DNA from: an uncultured virus (IMG/VR IMGVR_UViG_2850943043_000004)
Lineage: Duplodnaviria; Heunggongvirae; Uroviricota; Caudoviricetes
Direction: 5' to 3' (one strand)
DNA length: 64,000 nt
Virus record (IMG/VR): IMGVR_UViG_2850943043_000004
Coordinates: 1-64,000 of that record
Shown: positions 1 through 14,884 of the stretch, in pieces
Layout: each line of letters begins with the position of its first letter
Position numbering within the stretch: position 1 is the stretch's first letter
Notes under the pieces: generated by a model
The model's database searches: none
Seen by the model: the letters and a program-made list of their open reading frames with translations, nothing else
Told to the model about the DNA's origin: nothing
Made by a program: the position numbers and the translations under genes

Positions 1-273
1 TTGTTTGAAAGTGAAGCAGAACTGAGACGAATCAGGATTGCACTTGTATGGATAGCTGTCTTTTTACTGTTCGGGGCGTGCGGGAATCAAGATACCATTA
101 TTGAAACAGACAGCGGCAATTCAGACTATGAAACGCCTCAGCCCACCTCGTTTCCACTTGAACATAACCATTTTGGCGTGATGGAGGACGGCTATATCAA
201 AATTTATGAGTATAATGAGTCCCACAATGAGGTAAAGCTGAAGAAAGAATACGCGGATGATGAGCTTGAATAA
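1..273 (+). CDS. ymzC: YmzC family putative lipoprotein
   Basis: 90 aa ORF with hydrophobic N-terminus and lipobox-like FGAC; upstream of ymzA-nrdIEF as in B. subtilis. Confidence 0.8.
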   Translation: MFESEAELRRIRIALVWIAVFLLFGACGNQDTIIETDSGNSDYETPQPTSFPLEHNHFGVMEDGYIKIYEYNESHNEVKLKKEYADDELE

Positions 274-354
274 AATTCACAAGCATTCGAATTTACAAAG
301 CGGATGCCAGCCGCTAAACTAAATACAGACACAGATCAAACAGAGGGTGAAAAC

Positions 355-585
355 ATGAAGCATAAAGTGATCGTGAATCATTGGGAAGAAATTTGCGAAG
401 ATGATTCTTGCTATGAATACGGAACAAGTATCATTGTGAACGGAAAAGAATTAATCAGAGAAGCGTCAATTATCACTGCTTTGAAGGCGGTTTTAGAAGA
501 GATCGGCGCGGATGTTGAAATAGAAGAAACAGTAGAGAGCGAAAAATGCTGTGATAGCTTAAGAAAAAAAAATCTAGACTACTAA
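355..585 (+). CDS. ymzA: Small hypothetical protein YmzA
   Basis: ATG 355 after SD-like GAGGGTG; MKHKVIVNHWEEIC...; synteny. Confidence 0.75.
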   Translation: MKHKVIVNHWEEICEDDSCYEYGTSIIVNGKELIREASIITALKAVLEEIGADVEIEETVESEKCCDSLRKKNLDY

Positions 586-734
586 GCAGTTTTTTTTCAT
601 GTTATGATATACATCGGCTAAAAACGACACCCCGAGTAGGACGAGAGATGATTCTCGTTCTGCTCTCTTTTTTGGGCCCTAATGAGTCTGTCCATTTGCC
701 TGATTTGATCAAAATATGAATTTTTCATAAAAAC

Positions 735-783
735 GAATCTATATATTGTGTTTTTGCTAGAGGGTAGTATACTATATATAGTG
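735..783 (+). promoter_or_regulatory. Tandem NrdR boxes upstream of nrdIEF
   Basis: gaatctatatattgtg (735-750) and tatactatatatagtg (768-783) resemble the NrdR consensus acaCwAtATaTwGtg. Confidence 0.7.
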
Positions 784-824
784 TTAGTGATGAGAGATTC
801 ATATTTTTTGATAGGTCGTGATAA

Positions 825-3281
<2,457 letters not shown>

Positions 3282-3298
3282 TTAAAGGAGAGTTTATA

Positions 3299-4288
3299 GT
3301 GACAAAAATTTATGACGCAGCAAACTGGTCAAAGCATGAAGACGATTTTACCCAAATGTTCTATAACCAAAACGTGAAACAGTTCTGGCTTCCGGAAGAG
3401 ATTGCTTTAAACGGCGATCTCCTCACATGGAAGTACCTCGGAAAAAATGAGCAGGACACTTATATGAAGGTACTGGCCGGACTTACGCTTCTTGATACAG
3501 AGCAGGGGAATACGGGGATGCCGATCGTGGCTGAACACGTAGACGGCCACCAGCGGAAAGCGGTGCTGAACTTTATGGCGATGATGGAGAACGCTGTCCA
3601 TGCGAAGTCGTACTCTAATATTTTCATGACCCTTGCACCGACTGAAACGATCAATGAAGTATTTGAATGGGTTAAACAAAATAAATATTTGCAGAAAAAA
3701 GCGCAAATGATTGTCGGGCTTTACAAAGCCATTCAAAAAGATGATGAAATTTCACTGTTCAAAGCGATGGTTGCTTCCGTCTATCTGGAAAGCTTCCTTT
3801 TCTACAGCGGTTTCTATTATCCGTTATATTTCTACGGACAAGGAAAACTGATGCAAAGCGGTGAGATCATTAACCTGATCCTTCGTGACGAAGCGATTCA
3901 CGGCGTGTATGTCGGTCTCCTTGCTCAGGAAATTTATAATAAACAGACAGAAGAGAAAAAAGCAGAGCTTCGTGAATTTGCGATCGACCTCCTGAATCAG
4001 TTATATGAAAATGAGCTTGAGTATACAGAGGACTTGTACGATCAAGTCGGGCTCTCACATGATGTAAAGAAATTCATCCGCTATAATGCGAATAAAGCGC
4101 TGATGAACCTTGGATTTGATCCATACTTCGAAGAGGAAGACATTAATCCGATCGTTTTAAACGGATTAAACACAAAAACAAAATCGCATGACTTCTTCTC
4201 TATGAAGGGGAATGGCTATAAAAAAGCGACAGTTGAGCCGCTCAAAGATGATGACTTTTATTTTGAAGATGAAAAAGAGCAGATATAA
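3299..4288 (+). CDS. nrdF: Ribonucleotide reductase beta subunit
   Basis: GTG start after [16 protein letters not shown] and DEAIH di-metal motifs. Confidence 0.95.
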   Translation: MTKIYDAANWSKHEDDFTQMFYNQNVKQFWLPEEIALNGDLLTWKYLGKNEQDTYMKVLAGLTLLDTEQGNTGMPIVAEHVDGHQRKAVLNFMAMMENAVHAKSYSNIFMTLAPTETINEVFEWVKQNKYLQKKAQMIVGLYKAIQKDDEISLFKAMVASVYLESFLFYSGFYYPLYFYGQGKLMQSGEIINLILRDEAIHGVYVGLLAQEIYNKQTEEKKAELREFAIDLLNQLYENELEYTEDLYDQVGLSHDVKKFIRYNANKALMNLGFDPYFEEEDINPIVLNGLNTKTKSHDFFSMKGNGYKKATVEPLKDDDFYFEDEKEQI

Positions 4289-4337
4289 TATCTGCTCTTT
4301 TCGGCTTGAAGGTTCAAATGAGGAGGACGCAGTACCC

Positions 4338-4958
4338 ATGGGAAAAATGGACGAAATGATTTTAGTTGCCCCGCGCGATGATGTGTTTAAAAAAGAAAGC
4401 TTAACCTTCCAGGGCGTGTACAGTGAAGATAGCAGAGTAGCAGAAATCATGGCTCAGATTGAAGCGGCCTATCGTGAAATGAGAAGAGGGGACGCAGAAG
4501 AAGATCCGCGTTTCAAGCAGCCGATACCTTATGTCGTCATTAAGCGTGAAGATGAAGTTTTTCTTTACGAGCGGCTGGCTGGCGGCGGTGAATCACGTCT
4601 GCACAACAAGCTTTCTCTCGGTTTTGGCGGCCATATGAACGCCATCGAAGGGGCAGCTTCATTTGCTGAAGTCTTAAAGCTGAACACAGACCGTGAGCTT
4701 GAGGAAGAACTGCAAATAAATGAAGAAGATAAACAGGCGATTGTCACACTGGGATTGATCAATGATGATGAAAATAGTGTTGGCAAAGTGCATATCGGTA
4801 TTCTTTCTGCGCTTCAATTAAAGCCTGGCGCACAAGTGGAAGTGAAGGAGAAAGAACAAATTGCGGGTAAATGGATGAAAGTTTCTGAATTAAAACAGGA
4901 TGACATCTACAACCGTCTGGAAACATGGTCACAGTTTGTTGTTGATATTCTTGAATAA
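4338..4958 (+). CDS. ymaB: YmaB, NUDIX-like protein of the nrd operon
   Basis: ATG after GAGGAGG; GFGGHMN...RELEEEL NUDIX-like motif. Confidence 0.85.
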   Translation: MGKMDEMILVAPRDDVFKKESLTFQGVYSEDSRVAEIMAQIEAAYREMRRGDAEEDPRFKQPIPYVVIKREDEVFLYERLAGGGESRLHNKLSLGFGGHMNAIEGAASFAEVLKLNTDRELEEELQINEEDKQAIVTLGLINDDENSVGKVHIGILSALQLKPGAQVEVKEKEQIAGKWMKVSELKQDDIYNRLETWSQFVVDILE

Positions 4959-4998
4959 AAAAACCCGGTTTCTCGCGATGAGGAGCCGGGTTTTTTTA
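4957..4998. terminator. Bidirectional intrinsic terminator between ymaB and cwlC
   Basis: A-run, cccggtttctc / gaggagccggg stem, T-run. Confidence 0.85.
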
Positions 4999-5021
4999 TG
5001 AGACGCTCGTCCCCGTCTCGG

Positions 5022-5789
5022 CTATGATTCTAGGATCACAATAGCGTCAAAGCCGGCATTTTTCGCTCTGGCAGCGAGAGTGTCTGCATTGTCATTGGAT
5101 GAAAATGCGCCAATCTGCACTTTGTATAATCCGTCCTTTAAAAGGACAATCGAGTCAAAACCTTTGGCTTCGGCTTTACTTGCGAGCGAGTCGGCATTCG
5201 CTTTGACTTTAAATGCGCCGATTTGAACCTTATATAACCCTAAGCTGGAAGTCTTTTTAAGGTTAAAGGCTTGCTCCAGCCCGTTTGCATGTCCTCTCGC
5301 TAAGCTTTGAATAAAACTGCTCGTTTTCAGCTTATTTGCATCGGCAACGGTATCAATGAAGCCGTTCTCGGTCAAGAGGGCAGGCATTGCCGACTCCCTT
5401 AGGACGTGGAAGTTCGCCGTTTTTTTGCCGCGATCGGCAAAGTCGACAGCTTGTATCACTTCAGAGTGAATTGCCGATTGATAAGTCGTCGTCGGGGCTC
5501 CTACATCTGGATAAATATAGCTTTCAAAACCTGTGCCTCCCCCGGAATTAACGTGAATGGACAAAAAGAAATCTGCTCCCCAGTTATTTGCGGCATTTGT
5601 CCGGTCGTTTAAGCTGACATATTGGTCGCTTGTCCGGCTCAGCAGCAAAAAAACGCCTTCATATTCATTAGTTAATATCGTACGTAAGGCTAAAGCGATT
5701 TGCAGGGTTAACGTTTTTTCCTGAAGGCCATTACCTGTTGCGCCTGGATCAGACCCGCCATGGCCAGGATCAATAAAAATTTTAACCAT
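5022..5789 (-). CDS. cwlC: Mother-cell lysis N-acetylmuramoyl-L-alanine amidase CwlC
   Basis: Amidase_3 IDPGHGG...SIHVN plus two SPOR repeats (LYKVQIGAF). Confidence 0.95.
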   Translation of the reverse strand: MVKIFIDPGHGGSDPGATGNGLQEKTLTLQIALALRTILTNEYEGVFLLLSRTSDQYVSLNDRTNAANNWGADFFLSIHVNSGGGTGFESYIYPDVGAPTTTYQSAIHSEVIQAVDFADRGKKTANFHVLRESAMPALLTENGFIDTVADANKLKTSSFIQSLARGHANGLEQAFNLKKTSSLGLYKVQIGAFKVKANADSLASKAEAKGFDSIVLLKDGLYKVQIGAFSSNDNADTLAARAKNAGFDAIVILES

Positions 5790-6412
5790 TTTTCATCACC
5801 TCATTACAGGATATGAAAAAACACGGCTTCTGCTTGTACGATTATCATTCAACTGAAAAATGAGGAAATAACCCTTTCACATCCGGAAATTATTTCTCGG
5901 GAAAGCGCACAATTCAACATGAAGCGACAACAGATACGGTCCGAAATGAAATCTGTGCATACGCCATATGTTTGTATGTACTATGGGTTCGGTTAACCTG
6001 CACTGATTCCTGCTGGTTTTAAGCTTTGCGTTCATATTAAATCAAGCATTTAAAACGTAAATTGATGAGAAAAGCTCCTTTCAATAAAGACACCACTTTA
6101 TAAATCGAAAAAAAGAAAAACACTTCAGGTATCTTAGGGCGGGTAATACGCTTCGTACAAAAAACAGCCCGTTGCATGAAAAAGAAATAATGAGAAAGAA
6201 GCTCACCATAATACTCTGACAAAATGATTAAAAACAAAATCTCATGGTTTGTCCACCCCATGTCCGTGAATACAATAAGAAATAAAGTATTTCTCGGGAA
6301 AGCGCAGGATTCCTTATTGTTCCCGAAAAAAGCAATTGTTTCGACACATGATAGGCGTTTGTCACAATCGGCATCCGCTTGAATATCATATAGAGAGAAC
6401 AGAGAGGTGAAG

Positions 6413-6966
6413 ATGTTGGAGCGCGCTGTGACTTATAAAAACAACGGACAGATCAACATTATTCTGAACGGGCAAAAGCAGGTGCTGACGAATGCTGAGG
6501 CAGAGGCGGAATATCAGGCTGCATTGCAAAAAAACGAAGCAAAGCACGGCATTTTGAAGGAAATCGAAAAAGAGATGAGCGCATTAGTTGGGATGGAGGA
6601 AATGAAACGCAACATCAAGGAAATATACGCCTGGATTTTGTGAACCAAAAACGCGCGGAGCAAGGCTTGAAGGTTGGAAAGCAAGCGCTGCACATGATGT
6701 TTAAAGGAAATCCGGGAACGGGAAAAACGACGGTTGCACGGCTCATCGGCAAGCTGTTCTTTGAAATGAATGTCCTGTCAAAAGGCCACTTAATAGAAGC
6801 GGAGCGGGCTGACCTGGTCGGGGAGTATATCGGACACACCGCCCAAAAGACGAGAGATTTAATCAAAAAGTCATTAGGTGGCATTTTGTTTATAGACGAA
6901 GCCTACTCGCTGGCAAGAGGCGGCGAAAAGGACTTTGGGAAAGAAGCGATCGACACACTTGTAAAG
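6413..6966 (+). pseudogene. spoVK: 5' half of spoVK (AAA+ ATPase), interrupted by prophage integration
   Basis: MLERAVTY..., Walker A GNPGTGKTT, Walker B LFIDEAY; similarity ends at ...EAIDTLVK (6966) and AT-rich phage-like sequence follows; a separate T-run frameshift near 6638. Confidence 0.9.
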
Positions 6967-7076
6967 AACAAGGTTTTAACTTTTATGCCACTTCTCAACT
7001 CGATATCCCTCAGCCTCAACGTCAGCATAAATACGTATGGCAGCAATATTTAGAGCAATTTAATGAGATCAAAAAA

Positions 7077-7370
7077 ATGCACTTTGAAGAGCTTAAAACT
7101 GTAGGAGAGATTTCTAAGGAACTAAATATCTCAGATTGGATTATTTTAGATTTATTTAAATCACAAAATGTGGACAAGCTTTCATTTCAGGAATTGTCTA
7201 AGCGTAGACGAACTAAGGACTTTGCTTTTCTTTATGATCTGTATTTCAATAAGAAAATGAGCCTGAAGGAAATTAGTCGAGCTTTCGATTATTCTCCACC
7301 TTATATCCGTCAAGTTTTTAAGGATCAGGGAATTAAACACTTAACCTTTAAAAATCAGTATAAAAATTAA
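7077..7370 (+). CDS. Tandem helix-turn-helix protein (YnxB-like), probably the 3' part of a longer gene
   Basis: Two HTH-like repeats (TVGEISKELNISDWIILDLFKSQ; SLKEISRAFDYSPPYIRQVFKDQ); no SD before ATG 7077; frame open back to the att junction. Confidence 0.6.
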   Translation: MHFEELKTVGEISKELNISDWIILDLFKSQNVDKLSFQELSKRRRTKDFAFLYDLYFNKKMSLKEISRAFDYSPPYIRQVFKDQGIKHLTFKNQYKN

Positions 7371-7532
7371 ATTTGATTCTACATCTAGTTTTGGCTTTAT
7401 CGGATATGTCTGTATATAATAATTAATTCTCGATAAAATTCCCATTTTATTTAAACCCGAAAGCTGCTTGAATACATCGCAAATATAAGGTACCCTGTAT
7501 ATGTATCATAGGGGTTTAACAGCCACTATAAC

Positions 7533-7570
7533 ACCAGAGAGCTCCCTCACATAGCTCTCTGGTTCTTTTA
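7533..7570 (+). terminator. Intrinsic terminator
   Basis: accagagagct / agctctctggt stem followed by tctttt. Confidence 0.75.
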
Positions 7571-7832
7571 ATTTATAGGCTGTTTTTGCATAAAGACCAT
7601 CGTGAAGATGAAAATTTTAAAGATGAACTCAAATAATCTAAGGGAATAAAATAGTGAAGTTGATCCCAAATACGCAAATTTCATACAATAAGTACATACT
7701 AATCTGTTTATTAAACTTACGTGTAGAGCTGGGTAAGTAAATGTTCTTAATGGTTTCGGTCATTAAGGGAGTGCAATTTATAGGATGAAGAAAAATCTTA
7801 TGGTAATTAATTAAAAGAACAGGAGACTATGA

Positions 7833-8366
7833 ATGGAATTCTTAATTAGACAAGAACTCACACATGAATATAATACGACTGAAGAAATTGTTAAAAGAGC
7901 TTTTTTAAATGAAGAATATAGTGACAAGAAAGAGCATTTACTTGTAAATAGGATTAGAAAATCAGATGCATTCATTCCTGAACTTTCATTGGTCGCATTA
8001 AATCAAGATAAAGATATCGTAGGCCATGTCCTTTTATCTAAAATAAAAATCATTGATGGCGATAACACTGTCGATTCTTTAGCACTTGCGCCAGTTTCTG
8101 TTGCGCCTGATTATCAGAAAAAAGGAATTGGGAGTAAATTAATTCGTACTGCGTTAAAAAACGCAATAGAGCTTGGTTATCGTTCAGTAATTGTTTTAGG
8201 ACATAAAGATTATTATCCAAGGTTTGGTTTTAAGCCAGCTAGCTTATGGAATATAAAAGCCCCATTTGAGGTGCCTGATGAAGTGTTTATGGCTCTAGAA
8301 TTAGCAGATAATTCTCTTGAAGATGTGCAAGGTATCGTTAATTATTCAAAAGCTTTTTTTGAGTAA
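7833..8366 (+). CDS. GNAT family N-acetyltransferase (YhbS-like)
   Basis: LAPVSVAPDYQKKGIGSKL acetyl-CoA motif; YYPRFGF. Confidence 0.9.
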   Translation: MEFLIRQELTHEYNTTEEIVKRAFLNEEYSDKKEHLLVNRIRKSDAFIPELSLVALNQDKDIVGHVLLSKIKIIDGDNTVDSLALAPVSVAPDYQKKGIGSKLIRTALKNAIELGYRSVIVLGHKDYYPRFGFKPASLWNIKAPFEVPDEVFMALELADNSLEDVQGIVNYSKAFFE

Positions 8367-8489
8367 AAATTAGATGATTGATTAGATATTTTAAAAAGAG
8401 GTTGTCCCGAGGATTTTTTAATCTGTGGATAGCCTCTTTTTGTGTAAAGAGCCCTAAAAATAAAAAAGAAAGCCACAAAGGGCTTTCAA

Positions 8490-9385
8490 TTAGCGTTCAC
8501 ATGCATAGTTGTCATGATCCCTGTCCATTTTAGATTGGTAAGCAGGGTGGGAGCTAGGCACTCCATTCGGATATTTCTTTCTTAACTCTGTGCAATTTTT
8601 AAATGTTTCTGTTTCTCCAGTTGTTTCTGAAGAAGCTTCTTTTTCACTTGTAGTCGAAGTTTCACTTGATGCCTTTGGAGTAGTAGGCTGTTTAGCTGCC
8701 GGTTTAGATGTTGTTGCTTTTTTAACTGCAGTGGTTTTCTCTTTCACACAGCCATTAAATCCTCGGTCGGTCACATATCCATTCTTGCTCCAGATTGAAA
8801 GCTTCTCTGATTTTGCTTCTTGCTCGTCTTTCTTAAATTGGTCTATGTATTTGGTGTTTGGCTCATATACATACGCTACTCTGGCCAATCCTTCTTTTAG
8901 CAATGTCTCTTGAACAGATTTGCCATCCACATAAACGTATGCTAACAGTCTTCCATACTTATCTCTGCGATCGCCTTTATCAAATTCCAGCTGCAGTTTA
9001 CCACTGTTGACCAATTCTTTGTTCCGTTTAGATGCATCCTCACCGTATGGTTGAACACAAGAATTTGGTTTCTTAGTTTCAGGTGTATCAACGAGCAAGT
9101 AGCGGACTGTATCTACATTTCCATTGTAGCTTACTTTAATTGTGTCACCATCAACAGCTCTATCTAGAGCAACATCGACCAATTCCTTTTTGTCTTTCTC
9201 TTTAGATTTGTCAGTAGTTTTTTCTTTAGTAGCTTCCTTTGTTCTGTTTTCTTTTCTACATCCGTAGACGCTTGCGGTGTTTCTTTTTCCGTGCTTACTT
9301 TTTCAGAATCATTGGAGCTGCAAGCTGCCAACGATAAACTCAAAGTGAATGCTGCAAAACCTAATAATACTTTCTTCAACTTCAT
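8490..9385 (-). CDS. yokF: Thermonuclease-family lipoprotein with C-terminal Excalibur Ca-binding domain (frameshift near 9240)
   Basis: Lipobox LAAC; DGDT...VDTPET...DKYGRLLAY SNase motifs; FKNCTEL...DRDHDNYACE. Confidence 0.9.
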
Positions 9386-9558
9386 TTCCCCTTTTAGAAT
9401 GTTTGTTCTCTATTTATATCGGTAAACCATCAATAATTATAATCCTATATCCAATTATTGTGAATTTAATTTTCCTTAATATCATTGCATTTCCCTTTAA
9501 AACTTCCAGACGCATGTTAAAATTTCACTGAATTCATAGTCAAAAGGGGAATGTTTTT

Positions 9559-9809
9559 ATGCTTGGAATCAACGTTGAAAAATTAAATGAAAACTTAATT
9601 ATCAATTGGCAGCTATCCAGAATTGAAATTCCAATCAAAGAAATCAATGATGTTTTCTTGATCCAAACTATGGAGGAGAGGAAAAAAGTGCAGTAAGGAT
9701 TGGATTTCCTTATGGCTCTACGGATAGGATAGTGATTAAAACAGCAAATAACACTTACATTTTGTTCACCACTAATGCTGCTTCTATTATGAGTAAAATT
9801 GTTTCCTAA
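9559..9809 (+). CDS. SunI/YnzG-family small protein (frameshift near 9658; absent from ORF track)
   Basis: Manual translation [61 protein letters not shown]...; SD AAGGGG upstream. Confidence 0.7.
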
Positions 9810-9896
9810 TAACCAAGTGATGTCCTATTAGTAATGCTTTCCTTATAGCTGTATGACATGGTAAAATCTAGATAATTGTTGATAGGGGGATGGGAT

Positions 9897-10433
9897 ATGG
9901 AAGAAGGCAAACTTATTCATTTGACACTTGCTGGTATTAAAGAAGCTGTTTCTAAGTATGGCACTTTTCCAATGATTCAACCAGGTGGTTTCGTATTAGA
10001 AGATGCCACATTTGAATTTAATGAACCTGCAACAGAAGAAGAAATTAGAAAATTAGAATCACATTTCAATGTAAGTTTACCCAAAGATTATAAGGAGTTC
10101 CTAGCTCTACATAATGGCTTGGAGTTTCTTGATGGAATCGAAATACTCAGTATTGAAGATGTTATGAAATACAATGAAACAGAAGACCTACCAGAAAAGT
10201 GTTTTTTGATTGGATATCATTTTGATGGAAGGTATGTTATAGATTCAAATAGATATGAAAAAGGGGACTTAGATTACCTATTTTATTTGGATTCAATTGA
10301 TCATTTTGATGAAGCAGTGGATTTAAAAGCGAATTTTGAAATTTGGTTTGATCGACTTTTAAGTTCGAACGGAAATAAGTACTGGGAAGTTGAAAGAGAT
10401 GTTAAAGCTTATTATGAAAACATAGATGAGTAA
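9897..10433 (+). CDS. SMI1/KNR4 (SUKH) immunity protein, YokH/YobM-like
   Basis: PATEEEIRKLE...LPKDYKEFL...HNG SUKH signature. Confidence 0.85.
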   Translation: MEEGKLIHLTLAGIKEAVSKYGTFPMIQPGGFVLEDATFEFNEPATEEEIRKLESHFNVSLPKDYKEFLALHNGLEFLDGIEILSIEDVMKYNETEDLPEKCFLIGYHFDGRYVIDSNRYEKGDLDYLFYLDSIDHFDEAVDLKANFEIWFDRLLSSNGNKYWEVERDVKAYYENIDE

Positions 10434-10456
10434 AGGACTCTAATTAGAGTCCTTTA
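10431..10456. terminator. Bidirectional terminator between convergent genes
   Basis: taaaggactcta / tagagtccttta perfect inverted repeat. Confidence 0.8.
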
Positions 10457-10465
10457 TTATTTTAA

Positions 10466-11474
10466 TTAGTAAGAAGCCCACCATGGATTGACTTCTGTTC
10501 TGTGGAAGCTCTTATCCAAAGGAATTAAATTCCCAGTCATATTTCCACCGCCATATTCCCTTGGAAGTTGATGGTGGATTTCAAACTTAGTCCAAGTTTT
10601 TTTGCCATATTTCTTATCGTACCAATTTCTATAGGCTGTACGTTCTTTAGTTCCCCATTTAACTCTTTTTCTGCGGGAATCTTCTTCCAGAAAACATGTG
10701 ATGGTGCTAATAGATTTAATCCTGATTGTTTGTCAGTATAGACAGGGAAGAACATGCCTTTTTTGTTTGTAAGGTATAGACCTTCTGTCCAAGTTAAAGT
10801 TCTAATGGAAGGGGGTCTTCCTGCCCAAGTTGCGATAGCGCTTCCTGAATACTTCCAAAAGGCTGAAGCATTCACATTAAGCAGTTGATGTACTTCCGCG
10901 CCTTTTTTTATTTGACCTGCAACGAAAGTTTTTCTTATTACGTGGGGCATGTAAATTGTTTGTTGTAATAACCACTTTTACATAGAGCTTGTTGAACTTC
11001 AAGAGTTGCAGGAGGTGTTCCAACAACTTTTGTAACCTCTACTCCATGAATTACTTTATTGACCTTTCCACCTAAAAAAGTATGACCGAGATAAACTACA
11101 TTCCCAGCTTTCTTTTCAAGGGTTTTTCGTTGGTTCTCACTTGTAACGTTCCCTGATGAAAGTTTGTTTCCTTGTTTGTCGTAGGCTATATATGTTTGAT
11201 AGGAATCTGTTACATCGAGTCCTTCTTCTTTTGCAATTTTAGCTAGTTTGCTAGAGGTGCCAGTGATCTCTTTTTTGGAACTTGTTTCACTGAATCGCTT
11301 TATTCCATTAACTGAAGAAATACGTTGGGTAAGGTCGATTCCTTGGATGCTTGTTTTGTCAGATGATTCACTTGCAGCTACTTTCTTTTCATGTGTGAAG
11401 AGTCCAGAAAGAAGTAAAACAACAGTTAGAGCGGTTAATCCAAAGCATTTTAAAAACTTTTCATAAACAATCAT
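10466..11474 (-). CDS. Secreted protein with C-terminal HNH nuclease domain (two frameshifts)
   Basis: Sec-type signal peptide (...LLLSGLF...KKVAA-SE); reconstructed C-terminus EIHHQLPREYGGGNMTGNLIPLDKSFHRTEVNPWWASY*. Confidence 0.75.
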
Positions 11475-11702
11475 CTCCTTTTCTGTGTTATTAACAAATG
11501 AATAATCAACAAGTGTTAAATTGTTCTAAATAATTACATATTATCCCACCTCCAGACAGGATCATATCAAATGACCCAAAAAATTACAATTGATTTTTAG
11601 AGAGTTAAGAAACATTTAAAGTTGTAAATTCCTAGGTTAATTGGTTGTGTGTTAGGTGCTAACATGGGGATTTGTGGTAAAATTTATATGGAGTAAGCAT
11701 GA

Positions 11703-13611
<1,909 letters not shown>

Positions 13612-13621
<10 letters not shown>

Positions 13622-14069
13622 ATTTATTAGAGGAAATTCGAAAAACTGAAGCAAAGTATGGAGATAAATTAAATTCTCCTGTTACAGACCAAGAAATAAG
13701 AAATTTTGAAGAAGCGGTATTAGGTAAGTTCCCTGTAAATGAAATTCCTTCAGGATATAAAAATTCCTTCAAACTGTAAACGGATTAGATTTTAATGGCT
13801 TGGTGATCTATGGATTGGATCAAGAATTACTGAGAGAAGAAAATGATGAAGAAGTTTATGGTTTTATTGAAACAAATGAACAGTGGCACGAAAATGATGA
13901 GCAGAAAAAATATCTGTTTTTTGGTGATTCAGATACAGCTTGGTATTGCTTAGATGTAATTGAAAATGAGTACCTAGAACTTGATAAACCCTCTGGAACG
14001 CCGATGAACAAATTTGATGATTTTAACGTCATGTTAGCTGATGCATTGAAAGTTAGTTTAGACAATTAA
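13612..14069 (+). CDS. SMI1/KNR4 (YrhA-like) cognate immunity protein (frameshift near 13760)
   Basis: ATG 13612 overlaps toxin end; IPSGY..FL..VNGLDFNGLVIYG; YLFFGDSD. Confidence 0.8.
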
Positions 14070-14124
14070 ACAAAAGTATTGCAATTGTTCATTGCTAAAG
14101 ATGTGCAATGCGGAGGGGATTAAT

Positions 14125-14705
14125 ATGAGCTTCAATACTATCAAACAAAAGTTGAAAGAGTTTTCAATTGATGCAAAAACAGATCCCAGAATCAATAAAA
14201 ATGAACAACTCAAAGAAATTGAAATGAACATAGGAAAACAATTACCTTCTGATTATAAGGACTTTTTGAAGGAATATGGCGGCTGTTATCTAGAAAGTAC
14301 AAAAACAACAGATGAAATTGAGTATGACGTTTGCTATAAACCTATAGAGAAAGACCCTTGGATGGGTAAGGACGATGATACGCAATTGTTAGAGGATTTT
14401 TATGGTTTAGCGAACGATCATAGCAATCTTCAGAAAGCGATCGATACATATTCTGATCGTTTTCCTAAAATATAATTCCTATTGCAAGCTCTTCAGGCGG
14501 GAATGAAATATGTATGGATATCGATAATGAAAAGATATTGTTTTGGGATCATGAATTAAGTCATCCAGATAAAGACTTTTTTCTGATTGCCAATTCGTTT
14601 GAGGAGTTTATCTTAAGTTTAGTTGATGAACCAATTGAAGCTGATGAAGAAGATGATGATGGAATACTGTATATTGAATTAGATGATGATTTACTAAACA
14701 GGTAA
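14125..14705 (+). CDS. yokK: SMI1/KNR4 immunity protein, YokK-like (frameshift near 14468)
   Basis: LPSDYKDFLKEYGG, FWDHE, IANSFEEF, acidic tail. Confidence 0.75.
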
Positions 14706-14884
14706 ACAAAAGTCTGCATTTGCTCAATAGATACACTTGAGTTGCACATCCTCAATCTAAATAAAATAATGGTTTTATCCATAAAGCAATTGTATTGCAA
14801 ATACCATTTTTATATGGTTATAATTAGGATGAAGATTATACGTTTTTACGTATAAAATGCATTTGTTTAATTGGATTGCATAAA

